A stretch of DNA of 64,000 nt from Okamejei kenojei. Its lineage: Eukaryota. Below the pieces are notes generated by a model, which ran no database searches, was not told the DNA's origin, and worked only from the letters and a program-made list of their open reading frames with translations. Numbering within the stretch: position 1 is the first letter of the stretch; every line of letters begins with the position of its first letter. Both the position numbers and the translations under genes were made by a program. Where the stretch lies: positions 118,854,001 to 118,918,000 of the forward strand of contig CM069132.1 in assembly GCA_035221665.1 (NCBI GenBank). The letters run 5' to 3'. Shown in pieces: positions 50,913-61,143 of the stretch.

Positions 50913-51718
50913 ACTCACTAGACAGGTTGCACCTACTAGTGACTCCGAGTCCAGCCTTGCTCCGTTCTGGAGCCTCAACGGAGTCTCTTATGGGAGGAAT
51001 ATAATGCAACCCTGAACCAGGTGTTGCTTCCTTAGCCCTCTGGCTGGCTCCGTTAAGGAGCTCCAAAGGAGGTGTCTGAACAGGCCTCACCCGTCAGATG
51101 CTCCGAACAGCCGCCTGCTCCCTTGGAACCCCCAAACCGGAGGTGTCTGTACGACTATGCTTGTCAGATTTTTTTTCTCCCCAACAGTGCCTGCTCCCTC
51201 TCTGAGCCTCAATAGCGGTAGATGCAGGGGCCATGTCCGTCAACTTATCGAGTTCAACCACCCTCCATGGCGGTAGCTGAGCGGCCGCTTCTCGAGTAGC
51301 TGCACTGGCCACAGTCATCAGCTCCAAGCCGCTGCACCTAATTCACGGAGCAGCGGGCCGTTCCTGGAACAAAAAAATTCCTTACCCGCCAGAGCAGTTT
51401 TGAACTGCTCCGAATCCCGTGCCATGCGTCGACGTATTGACGCGCATGCGGACTGGCGGGCTCTTCACGTAGTCACTCACGTGACTTCAATATAAAATTA
51501 CTTTGTTTTGATTGTTCTTTGATTAACATTAACCATTTGAGCCAAAGAAATGTGCAGCACAGGGACAGCTATTTTTCCCACCATCCTCACCATCAGATAC
51601 CCCATCTATACTAATCCCATTCATCAGCACTTGCTTTGGAATCTTCCCTCCCTTGGTGACTCAAGTGCTCAGTTACACTGTAGTACTCCTGCAGTATGTT
51701 GCTAGATAGTAATCATTT

Positions 51719-51815
51719 AGTCTGAAGAAGGGTCTTGACCCGAAACATCACCTATTCCTTCTCTCCAGAGATGCTGCCTGTCCCGCTGAGTAACTCCAGC
51801 ATTTTGTGTCTACCT
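51719..51815 (+). mobile_element. Short Penelope-derived insertion with the best hammerhead-like core and 7-bp TSD
   Basis: ctgaaga-a-gggtc-tt-gaccc-gaaac-atc at 51722-51749; atcattt at 51712-51718 and 51816-51822. Confidence 0.8.
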
Positions 51816-52534
51816 ATCATTTTCTCTTGCTCTCCCAGGGTACCACTTCACATACAATAGTCAAGAGTCAAGAGTGTTTTATTGTCATATGTCCCAGCAG
51901 TACCTTGCAAAGCATTACATACACTGTAATGGAGTCATAGAGCACGGAAACAGGTCCTTCGATCCAACTTGTCCATGCTGACCTAGATTATCTAAGCTAG
52001 TTCCATTAACCTGCATTTGGCCCATATCCTCTAATCCTTTCCTATCTGTGCACCTATCTGTCTTTTAAGTGTTTTTATGCTATCTCTGGGATTTCGTGAA
52101 GACCCCGCCAGCACGCATGCGCGACATTCTTCAAAGCAGCGGTGTGGAATCACAGAACGCACCATGACTGGAAATAGTAAGATTAAGAACGTAGAACATA
52201 TCACTTGACATTATGATAGAGGGTGGGAGCGGAGGGCACGAAATCCCTCACCACAACTCCTCATAAAATAAAGATCAACCTTCGAACTTGGTAAGTTCTC
52301 GTTTAATCTTACTATTTTATTTCGGAGTCACGTGAGTGTGAAGATTTCAAAGCTGTGATTTCATGCCCTGGACATCGTCCATGCTATCACACTGCCGCAA
52401 TTCTGATGGGGAAGACTGTTAATGCATTCCAGACTGAACAGCCTGAAAAATGATGCATATTTATTACACAAATAATAACAAAACAAAACCCCTAACTCTG
52501 GGACAAACATTCACGGAGTGGCTCCCAGCACAGC

Positions 52535-53506
52535 TTATGCGAACGTTGCGGGGGCGACCAGCGGTTTGTTGTAGAACCGCTGGAAGGTTGCTTCACTAGC
52601 AAAGCCCGCGGTGGCGAGGATGTGGTCCATAGGCACCTCCATGGCCCTCACCGCTGATGTGGATGCAGCCCTGGTAGAGTGAGAATTAAAAATGTAAGTA
52701 TCTACTCCTGCTGCACCCAACACTGCCCTGAGCCACCTTGCAATAGTCTGCACAGTCACCCGGTGATGTGGAGATTTGTGGCTGATGAGGAGCCCCTGCT
52801 CCATCTTCCAGATGGTTCGTGTAGTGCGGATGTAGAGGCGGAGATGGGTGACTATGCAGAGGGCGGCATCAGTGGGGTACGCCCGAAATTCCAACTGCAG
52901 CCCATGAGCCCCAGGTCTGTGCTGCTTCAATAGGTCATGGACAAAGAAAGTCACCTTTGCAGGGGTGGAGACCATGCTATCCAGCCGCAGCTTCTGTAAA
53001 GCCTGGACCCATTGAGCTGTAGTCAGTGCCATCAGCATCACCACTTTGAGGGTGAGCTTTTTGAGTGGTAACTCTGTCATAGGAGACCAGCTCCTCAGTA
53101 GGGTCAGAACGATCCCTATGTCCCAGGTGATGTGGTATCTGGGCCGTGGAGGGTTGGTGTTATACACTCCCCCCATGAATTTAGACACCAGGTGGTTGGA
53201 GCCTATACCTGTGTCTAGGTATGAGGACAGTGCACTCCTGGCGCTGTTGATGGCACTGTAGCTAAAGCCCGCATCGTAATGAAGGCCCGCTAGGAATTCC
53301 AGGACATCAGGGATCGTAGCCGAGTTGGAGGTCGTGTTGGTACGGGAGCAGAATGCCTCCCACTTCCCGACCTGGGTGAGGTACTGCCTCCTGGTTGATG
53401 CTCGGCATGACGCTGAGATGAGGTCCATGGCTCTTGGTGATATGCCGGCCTTGACGAGCGGCCTCGTTAGAACCTGCAGGCCAACATGTTTAGGTGACCA
53501 TGGCAC
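52535..53506 (-). CDS. DIRS tyrosine recombinase (SAM-like N domain + YR)
   Basis: YSAINSARSALS, PRYHITWD, HSTRAAS, FQRFYNKP; the catalytic Arg position reads W (TAQWV). Confidence 0.93.
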   Translation of the reverse strand: MPWSPKHVGLQVLTRPLVKAGISPRAMDLISASCRASTRRQYLTQVGKWEAFCSRTNTTSNSATIPDVLEFLAGLHYDAGFSYSAINSARSALSSYLDTGIGSNHLVSKFMGGVYNTNPPRPRYHITWDIGIVLTLLRSWSPMTELPLKKLTLKVVMLMALTTAQWVQALQKLRLDSMVSTPAKVTFFVHDLLKQHRPGAHGLQLEFRAYPTDAALCIVTHLRLYIRTTRTIWKMEQGLLISHKSPHHRVTVQTIARWLRAVLGAAGVDTYIFNSHSTRAASTSAVRAMEVPMDHILATAGFASEATFQRFYNKPLVAPATFA

Positions 53507-53550
53507 GGGTGACTGTCCCCCGTAATGGGGTTAGTAATCAATTTGGGGTT

Positions 53551-54210
53551 TTAACCAAACTGAATCCACGGACGTTTCAAGATTTGGAGGACCATCGGGT
53601 ACCATGGCTGTGTAGGCCAGTCGGGTATGATCAAAATGCCAGTTGCAGAATCCAGTTGAATTTTCTGCAATACCCGACTGATGAGGCAGAATGGGGGAAA
53701 TGCGTAGCAAAACCATTTCCCCCAATGGAGAGAAAAAGCATCCATAGCTACTGCCCCAGGGTCTGGATCCCAAGACACATACGTTGGTATCTGATGGTTC
53801 AACCTGGATGCAAAGAGGTCAATATCTGGTGTGCCAAAGTGAGCTATAATTTCAGCAAAAAGTTGGGGATGCAACATCCACTCGATGTTATCATTGAACA
53901 CTCGTGACCTGGTGTCCGCCACTGTATTGAGCTTCCCTGGTAAATAGGTCGCTGTGATCCAAATATTTCTCTCAATGCACCAGTGCCAGATTGTGTTTGC
54001 CAATTCGTCACAAGATAATGACCTGATACCACCCATATGATTGATATAAGCCGTTGTGTTATCTATTTGGAGGCGGACATGTAAGTGCCGTGAGTTCGTG
54101 CAGTAAGCCCGCAGTCCATGGAAAGCCCCTAACATCTCCAGATAATTTATCCCTTGTGTCTGGAGGAGGGTAGACTTGTGAGGGTCCCATCTGCCACCAC
54201 AACTGGACAT
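53551..54210 (-). CDS. DIRS pol C-terminus: RNase H + Dam-like N6-adenine methyltransferase domain
   Basis: INYLEM, IDNTTA and ADTRSR (RNase H); DLFASRLN, YAFPPF and PDWPTQPWYP (MT domain). Confidence 0.93.
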   Translation of the reverse strand: MSSCGGRWDPHKSTLLQTQGINYLEMLGAFHGLRAYCTNSRHLHVRLQIDNTTAYINHMGGIRSLSCDELANTIWHWCIERNIWITATYLPGKLNTVADTRSRVFNDNIEWMLHPQLFAEIIAHFGTPDIDLFASRLNHQIPTYVSWDPDPGAVAMDAFSLHWGKWFCYAFPPFCLISRVLQKIQLDSATGILIIPDWPTQPWYPMVLQILKRPWIQFG

Positions 54211-54214
54211 GGTG

Positions 54215-54870
54215 TCAGTTGCACCCCAACGCTTCTTTTATGTCTAAAGCTTTGTTGGTCGGGATAGTGATCATCATTAAGTTTGTTTCAATGGTGAAAC
54301 CCAGGTAATCCATAACTTGAGAGGGGTTCAGTGTGGATTTGTCTGGATGGGTTACAAACCCTAACGTCTCGAATAAAGATTTGGTCGCTGTAACTGCCAG
54401 CGTAGCCAATTGGAGGGTCTGTCCCACGATAAGGATATCGTCTAAATATGCCATGACGATATAGTTTTGTTGTCGGAGGAGTGCCAATATGGGTTTTACT
54501 AATGTGGTGAATAGTCTGGGGCTGTGGTTAACCCATTGGGTAAGGCTTTGCATTCCCACAACTGTCCCTTCCAGACAAATTTCAGGAACTTCCTGTGAGA
54601 TTCTGTGATGGGAACTGTATAGTATGCATCTTTTAAATCGATGCAAGCCATAAAGTGCCCCGGGTAAAGCAGCTGCTTAGCTGTTTCAAAGGTTTCCATT
54701 TTAAAATGGGTATATTGTACAAAAGTGTTCAACTGGGTTAGGTCGATGATAATCCAACACCCCCCATCTTTTTTGGTTTTTGTAAAGATGTTAGACACAA
54801 ACTCAAGGGGTTCGTGTGTCGTTTTACCAATCACCCCTTTGGCTGCTAGCCGGAAGATTTCAGCATGTCC
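54215..54870 (-). pseudogene. DIRS reverse transcriptase (frameshifted near 54520-54530)
   Basis: KKDGGCWIIIDLTQLN, HFKME, IDLKDAYY, LPNGLTTAP, AYLDDILI, YLGF. Confidence 0.93.
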
Positions 54871-54884
54871 CTCTTTATCTCATT

Positions 54885-56543
54885 CTAAAAGAGCGTAAAA
54901 ATGCGCTGAGGTTCATGCTGTCGCTGATATGGGTGTACTTTAGCCAGTGGAGGTTTCATAAGGCCCACGGTCTTGGCCTCCTCGTCGAGTTCTTTGACTT
55001 GCTTGGAGAGATCTGCCCCAAACAGCTGATGAGGTGGTGGAGTGGTGGAGGGACGGCACAACCCTGCAAATTTCGGGTTGAGGGTGCGCCGGATGGAGCT
55101 CTTGCGCAGACAGTTGATTTCAAACTGGGTGTTGCAGAGAAGTGCCAGGGCATCCTGCTGCTCGCTGGTCACATTATCCCCATCGAGGGTCTTGGCATAG
55201 GCCGTAATGCCCGTCGACAGGAGCTTCAGGATTCGCTGGAGACGTACATCCTGCATCTTGGTGGCGCTGCTCAAGTTTCCTCAGATCTGGGCATTAACCG
55301 TGGGAACACTGAGATTGATGCAGTTCTCAGGCGGCTTAAACTTGTCCATAGTCTCATTGACTACCTGACCCTGAAGCTGGTGAGTGGTCAGGTTATTAAT
55401 GGTGCCCGCCAGTTTGGGGTACAGTGGCTCCCCTGTGTGGGTAGCCGTGGCAAATTTCCCCACTACGTCCAGCAGGTCCACATCGTGCTCTGGCTCTGCG
55501 GCCTCCGGCATCCCTGGGACTTCATCGAAGGCAGTGGCCTGACAACTGCTGGCACTCCTGGCTGGAGAAGACGAGATGCTGAGCAGTCTCCTGGCGTGGC
55601 TAGTGGAGGCCCGAAACTCCCGTTCATCCCGGTTCATGTCCCGCTGGAGTAGTTGCTCCACCAAGAGCTCCAACCGAGCAATGCGACCGTCCCCGCTACT
55701 CGCGGCGGACAAGCCGACTTCCCCAGGCTCTGCAAATTCTCTGGGGCTTCCACCAGCTGACCACACCTCCATAAGTTGCAGACTAGGGTCCGATGGTAGG
55801 TTGTCGTGGGCAACTGCTCCTGCAGGCCCATACGACTCCTGCACGGACTTTCCGCTAGTCGGCGTTCGAGCGGACTGTGGCGGTCCACCTGCCTGGTAGG
55901 AAGGCAGTGGAGATGAGTCGGCACCGGCCCCCAGAACCTGGCTCCCCGGAGTCCGTGCAGGCTTACCTCCACTATCGCCCAATTTTCTTCGTGGAGGCGC
56001 ATGGTCGGCAGCTGCCAGAGCTAAGCTAACCGACCGTCTACTGCTGCCACCGGCGCCCTTGACCGCAGCCTGACGCGACGTTGTGTCAGCAGCTCCTGCT
56101 CCTGCAGGGCTGCTCGACGCAGCAGTAGCTCTGCCGGACTGCCCTACGGCAGATATCCCCGGCAGCTGTACGTGGCGTGCTGCGGCTGCGGGGCTCCCCT
56201 GTAGCGCAGCCGTTCCCCGGCCCGGCCCCCGTGGATCCACAGCAACACGGGGTGATGCCGCTGTCGGCGAGCGAGGCACTTTGCCACGTACCTGGTCGCT
56301 CCCCCGCTTCCTGGGGGATGGGGGCACGAAGTCTGGGTCTGGAATTTCCAGCTCCAGTGCGGACATCCACGCGGGGGATAAGTCGGGCGCTGGTGTATCA
56401 GAAGCGCCCGACTTACGCACCGTTACCCCCGGCCGTCCGGATGCTGCCGGTGGTGCTCGCAGCTCCGGAGAAAGTGGCCGTTGACTTGTCGAAGTCCCGC
56501 GGCTCTTGGAAAGTTTCGCCTTCCCTTTCCCTTTGCCGTCCAT
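54885..56543 (-). pseudogene. DIRS ORF1 (gag-like), frameshift at ~55280
   Basis: ORF 55281-56543 (low-complexity N-terminus, PPENCINLSVPTVNAQI) and ORF 54885-55274 (QQDALALLCN..LNPKFAGLC..LFGADLSKQVKEL). Confidence 0.88.
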
Positions 56544-57659
56544 GCTGTAACCAACTAAAGGTTAGTGCACGTACCTGAACGGCCGGTTTGAAGGAGCTGG
56601 TGGAGAGAGCGCACTCCCCCCCGCCCCCCCCCCCCCCCAGCTTGTCGATGCAAATGCGAGCGACGATATGTCGCGCATGCGTGCTGGCGGGGTCTTCACG
56701 AAGTCACTCATGTGACTCCGAAATAAAATGTACAAACAGTCAAGATTGAACCCGGGTTTCTGGCGCTGTAAGGCAGCAACTCTACCGCTGCACCACCCTG
56801 CCGCAAAACTGGAAGCAAAAGATGAGCCATTCTTAATTGAAACTGTGTAGCCCTGGTCAGCTCATGTATGTTGTTGGGTAAGGGTAGGATTGAATCTGGT
56901 TGTGATTATCACAGCTTAACCCAGTCAACGCAGAGGTTAACTATGCTCAATGTAAAGGCAGCTTCAGCTGCCTACATCACCCAAAATTGCCTTTGACAAA
57001 ATTGTGGTTTAGGCAAAAGTACAAATTAGTTTTAAAACTACAGTATGTATTACAAAAAAATGCTGAGCAAGTTCAATAAATGCCCATTGCCACTGATTGA
57101 GGAGTAATAACTTTTGTGTAATGGATTCTACAACCTAGCCCACTGATATAATCAGAACTAATCAATCTGAAAGACCTCATCTCTGGTTATGCATTGTGAC
57201 AGAGAAACAGCACTTTTATTGTATTTACAGCAGCAGATTTTGGACAGGTTGCAAAATAGAACTGCTGAAGATAACTAAATTATACTGAATAGTGGAATGA
57301 ATCAAAGTGTACCAAACTACATTAGTTAACATGATCCATCAGCATAAAGAAACTCTGCCGATGTTTTAAAATAGTTATCATACCATCCAGATATAGTTGT
57401 TGAGGCAATTGTAATAATACCTAAAACAAATTTTTTCCTCTTAAGATGTAACAAATCCATATGAAAATATTGAATGTCAAACAAAACTTCAGATGCTGGA
57501 CATCTGAAACAAAAAAAAACTCCACATAAGGCAGCATTTGGGGAGAGAGAAAACAGACTTAATCTTTTCGGTCAAAGACCCTTCATTCTACATTGTCCAT
57601 TTTGTTTAAAGTTAAATATTGGGAAGATCATACTGAATATATATATATATACATATAAG

Positions 57660-58030
57660 TTAGAGGAGCAGAGTTAGTCCATTCGGTCCATCAAGTCTAA
57701 TCGTGGATCATCTTTCCCTCTCAACCCATTTAATCATGGATCATCTTTCCCTCTCAACCCATTCTCCTGCCTTCTCCCCATACGCCGTGACACCTGTACT
57801 AATCAAGAATCTATCAATCTTCACCTTATAAATATCAATTGGCTTAGCTTCCACAGCCTTCTAGGGCAATGAATTCTCCACCCACTGACTGAAGAAATTC
57901 TTCCTTATCTCCTTCCTAAAGGTACGTCCTTTCATTCTGAGGCTTTGGCCTCTGGTCCTAGACCAGTGGAAATATCCTCTCCACATTCAGGCCTTTCAAT
58001 TTGGTAAGTTTCAATGAGGTCCCCCTCATA
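57660..58030 (-). mobile_element. CR1 3' fragment
   Basis: cccattctcctgccttctccccata..gaagaaattcttcct; internal short tandem duplication ggatcatctttccctctcaaccc. Confidence 0.8.
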
Positions 58031-58684
58031 TAATACAATTTATTGGGAAAAAGTAAAAAGAATATGCAGAATCCATATTTAACTGTGTGAAAAAAATATT
58101 ATCAATAGTATCGATAAAACATGTCATAGCCAACTATATTGAAAGATTGCATCAAATTTATCTTAGTTACTCTTTTATACATTTTCATTGGAAAAAAATG
58201 CTGGAATAACTCAACGGGTCAAGTGGCATCTCTGGAGAAAATGCAAAGGTGGTGATTCAGATCGGGACTTCTTCAGACTGAAGAGTCTGAAGGAGAGTTC
58301 CAACGCGAAATATCACCTTGGCATTTTCTCTAAAGGCGCTGTGTGGTTAGTTCAAATGTTTTTGATGCCGTTCATTTTAACCTCAGGAATGAGATTAAGG
58401 AATATATGGATAAATACAACAGTAGTTATTAAATGATGCACCAACAATCATTGCTGAACTAATGGAGAAGGTGTCTCATGAGAGTCAATTAAATACTGAT
58501 AATGAGAAACGTGAAACTAGAATGCAGTCTTGCTTTCCTTTGTTTTAAAGAGAAAATTTAAGGAATTTTGCCTCAAGTGATTAATGAGGTTAACAAAAGT
58601 TCATGTGCAATTCCTATTATATGCAGCAACATGGAATTCCCTTAACAAGTTTAAATAAACCTGTGGCTTGTAAAAAGTAGTTAG

Positions 58685-60130
58685 AAAAACATAGAAAAGT
58701 AAGTGCAGTAGGCCATTTGGCCCTTCGAGCCAGCACCACCATTCAACGTGACCATGGCTGATTATCTAAAATCAGTACCCCATTCAAGCTTTTCCCCATA
58801 TATATCCCTTGATTCCTTTAGCCCTAGGAGCTAAATCTAACTCTCTCTTGAAAACATCCAGTGAATTGGCCTCCACTGCCTTCTGTGGCAGAGAATTTCA
58901 CAGATTCATAACTCTCTGAATGAAAAAGTGTTTCCTCATCTCAGTCCTAAATGGCCTACCCCTTATTCTTAAACTGTGATCCCGGGTTCTGGAGCACACC
59001 CAGGTCTTGTTGCACCTACCCTTTTCCTAATCTGACACAATTCAGATAATATGTGTAAGAAGGAACCGCAGATGCTGGTTTAAACCGAGGATAGACACAA
59101 AAAGCTGGAGTAACTCAGTGGGACAGGCAGCATCTCTCGTAATAATCTGCCTTCCTGTTCTTGCCACCAAAGTGGATAACCTCACATTTATCCACATTAT
59201 ACTGCATCTGCCATGCATCTGCCCACACACCAAACCTATCCAAGTCACCCTGCAGCCTCATAGCATCCTTCTTCTTCTTGCGGATGCCGTGCACAGCCTA
59301 AAGTTGTAGGACAACTTGTTCTATGTGACCTTATTTGATTGTGCACACCGGGTTGATTGCATTCGAAACAGGACGGACCATGTGAAGGTTGCAATTTTAC
59401 ACCCCTCATAGCATCCTCATCGCAGCTCACATTGCCACCCAGCTTTTTGTCATCTGCAAACTTGGAAATGTCACATTTAATTCCTTTGTCTAAATCGTTA
59501 ATATATATTGTAAATAACTGGGGTCCCAGCACCGAGCCTTGCGGCACCCTACTAATCACTGCCTGCCATTCTGAAAAGGAGCCGTCAATTCCTACTCTTT
59601 GCTTCCTGTCTGCCAACCAGTTCTCTATCCATGTCAATACCCTATCCCCAATACCATGTGCTCTAATTTTGTATACTAATCTCTTGTGTGGGACCTTGTC
59701 AAAGGCTTTTTGAAAGTCCAGATACACCATATCACTGGCTCTCCATTATCCATTCCACTGGTTACATCCTCAAAAAATTCTAGATTGGTCAAGCATGATT
59801 TCTCCATCATAAATCCATGCTGACTTTGACCGATCCTGTCACTGATTTCCAAATACGCTGCTAAAACATATTTAATAATTGACTCAACCACATTCCCCAC
59901 TACCGATGTAAGGCTAACGTTTAGAAATTCCGTTTTTGCTCTCCCTCCTTTCGTAAATAGTGGGGTTACATTAGCTACCCTCCAGTCTACAGGAACTGAT
60001 CCGGAATCAAGAGAACATTGGAAAATGCATCACCAATGCATCACCAATGCATCCACAATTTCTAGGGCCACCTCCTTGAGTACTCTGGGATGCAGCCCAT
60101 CAGGCCCTGGGAATTTATGTGCCTTCAGTA
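58685..60130 (-). mobile_element. CR1 LINE with internal deletion and nested inserts
   Basis: ORF 59245-59730 has VYLDFQKAFDKVPH..PQGSVLGP..FADD; 3' UTR at 58685-58990; PLE-derived piece at ~59055-59138. Confidence 0.92.
59270..59403 (-). mobile_element. 134-bp retroposed insert with (GAA)n tail (RTE-like 3' end) and 14-bp TSD
   Basis: cctcatagcatcct at 59256-59269 and 59404-59417; tcttcttcttg tail at the left end. Confidence 0.8.
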
Positions 60131-61044
60131 ATTTCAGTGAAATATAAATTTAGCAGAAGAGAGACAAAGAGTGTATGTAATAATACGAGAGTCAATTTGG
60201 AAAGGTTAATTATATTAAGTGATTGAATTCAATGTTGGGTCTGAAAGGTTGTAATGTGCTTTGTTAGAAATTGAGATGGTGTGCATGAGCTTTTGTTAAG
60301 TTGCATTGGAACAATGTAGGATGCCAAAGACATTGGCGTCAGCGATGGAATCCATTAAAGTGTCCAGCTCACAGTTCTGGGCTGAGCCATGGAGTTTTGG
60401 AAATCCAGGTGTTCACCAGTTTTGAGGGAACCCATATTGTGACATCAATGAAAGAGCACACTGCATAAAATCTGAAGAAAAACATCTCAGTGGAGACGCT
60501 AGAACCTGCAGATACTGGTTTACAAAATAAAAGGCACAATCTCAGCCACAGCTTTTCCAAGTATTTGATCAGGAAGGGATGGAAAAGGACAGGGTTTGGT
60601 TTGACAGGAAGGGATATAGAAGGGCAGGTGTTGCCTCTCCAGTGGCTGCATAGGAAGGTGGTCTGTGAAGAGTGGTGTTGGTGGAAATGGTAGAGAGAAC
60701 CTGCATGTCCCTGAGGGACCAGTCCCTGCAACGAGCTAAATGTGTGGGATGTGGAAGCTATTGGAGAGGATTCTCCGGGATAGGATTTGCTACATTTGGT
60801 AAGGAATGAGCTAATTAGGGACAGTCGGCATGCCTTTATACGCAGCAGATCATGTCTTACTAACTTGACCTGTTTTTTTGAGGAGGTGATAAATGAGGGT
60901 AGCGTGGTTGATGTTGTCCCCTTTGATTTTAGTGAGACATTTAATGCATTTCCCTCACAATAGGCTGAAGGAAAATGACTTGTCTGGAAAGGTGGTGTCA
61001 TCAGAACAAATATAACTGAGCCAGAGAAACTGGGGGACTAGAAT

Positions 61045-61143
61045 AGAGATAGACACAAAAAGCTGGAGTAACTCGGCGGGACAGGCAACATCTCTGGAGA
61101 GAAGGAATAGGTGATGTTTCGGGTCAAGACTCTTCTTCAGACT
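61045..61143 (-). mobile_element. Short Penelope-derived element
   Basis: Reverse complement reads ctgaagaagagtcttgacccgaaacatcacc; a further copy lies at 61425-61610. Confidence 0.8.

Larger units (their letters stand above)
46567..51498 (-). mobile_element. DIRS-type YR retrotransposon A: intact termini, decayed interior (non-autonomous)
   Basis: ITRs 46635-46673 / 51436-51474 match at 37/39; ICR at ~46790-46870; ataaaat at both ends. YR remnants YSAFNTA and HPLLTKVMKGVF..PR (~47620-47760); MT remnant IVVPFWPNHP (~47945-47985); gag remnant YASPDNC..QKAALILLCNT (50189-50422). Confidence 0.9.
52088..56729 (-). mobile_element. DIRS-type YR retrotransposon B (gag, RT, RNaseH, MT, YR), with internal deletions and a clipped left terminus
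   Basis: Perfect 35-bp ITRs at 52093-52127 / 56668-56702; ICR at ~52237-52352; canonical ORF order. Confidence 0.97.

Noticed and set aside
52535-54210. Phage integrase plus Dam methylase as bacterial contamination or horizontal transfer
   Set aside because: Both domains are normal parts of DIRS retrotransposons and lie within the ITR/ICR structure.
54816-56578. Plus-strand ORFs of 278, 107, 133 and 133 aa
   Set aside because: Antisense shadows of the GC-rich DIRS gag, with no recognisable motifs.
60369-61001. 210-aa ORF
   Set aside because: Partly antisense to a decayed CR1 RT fragment (60770-60970); no coherent protein.
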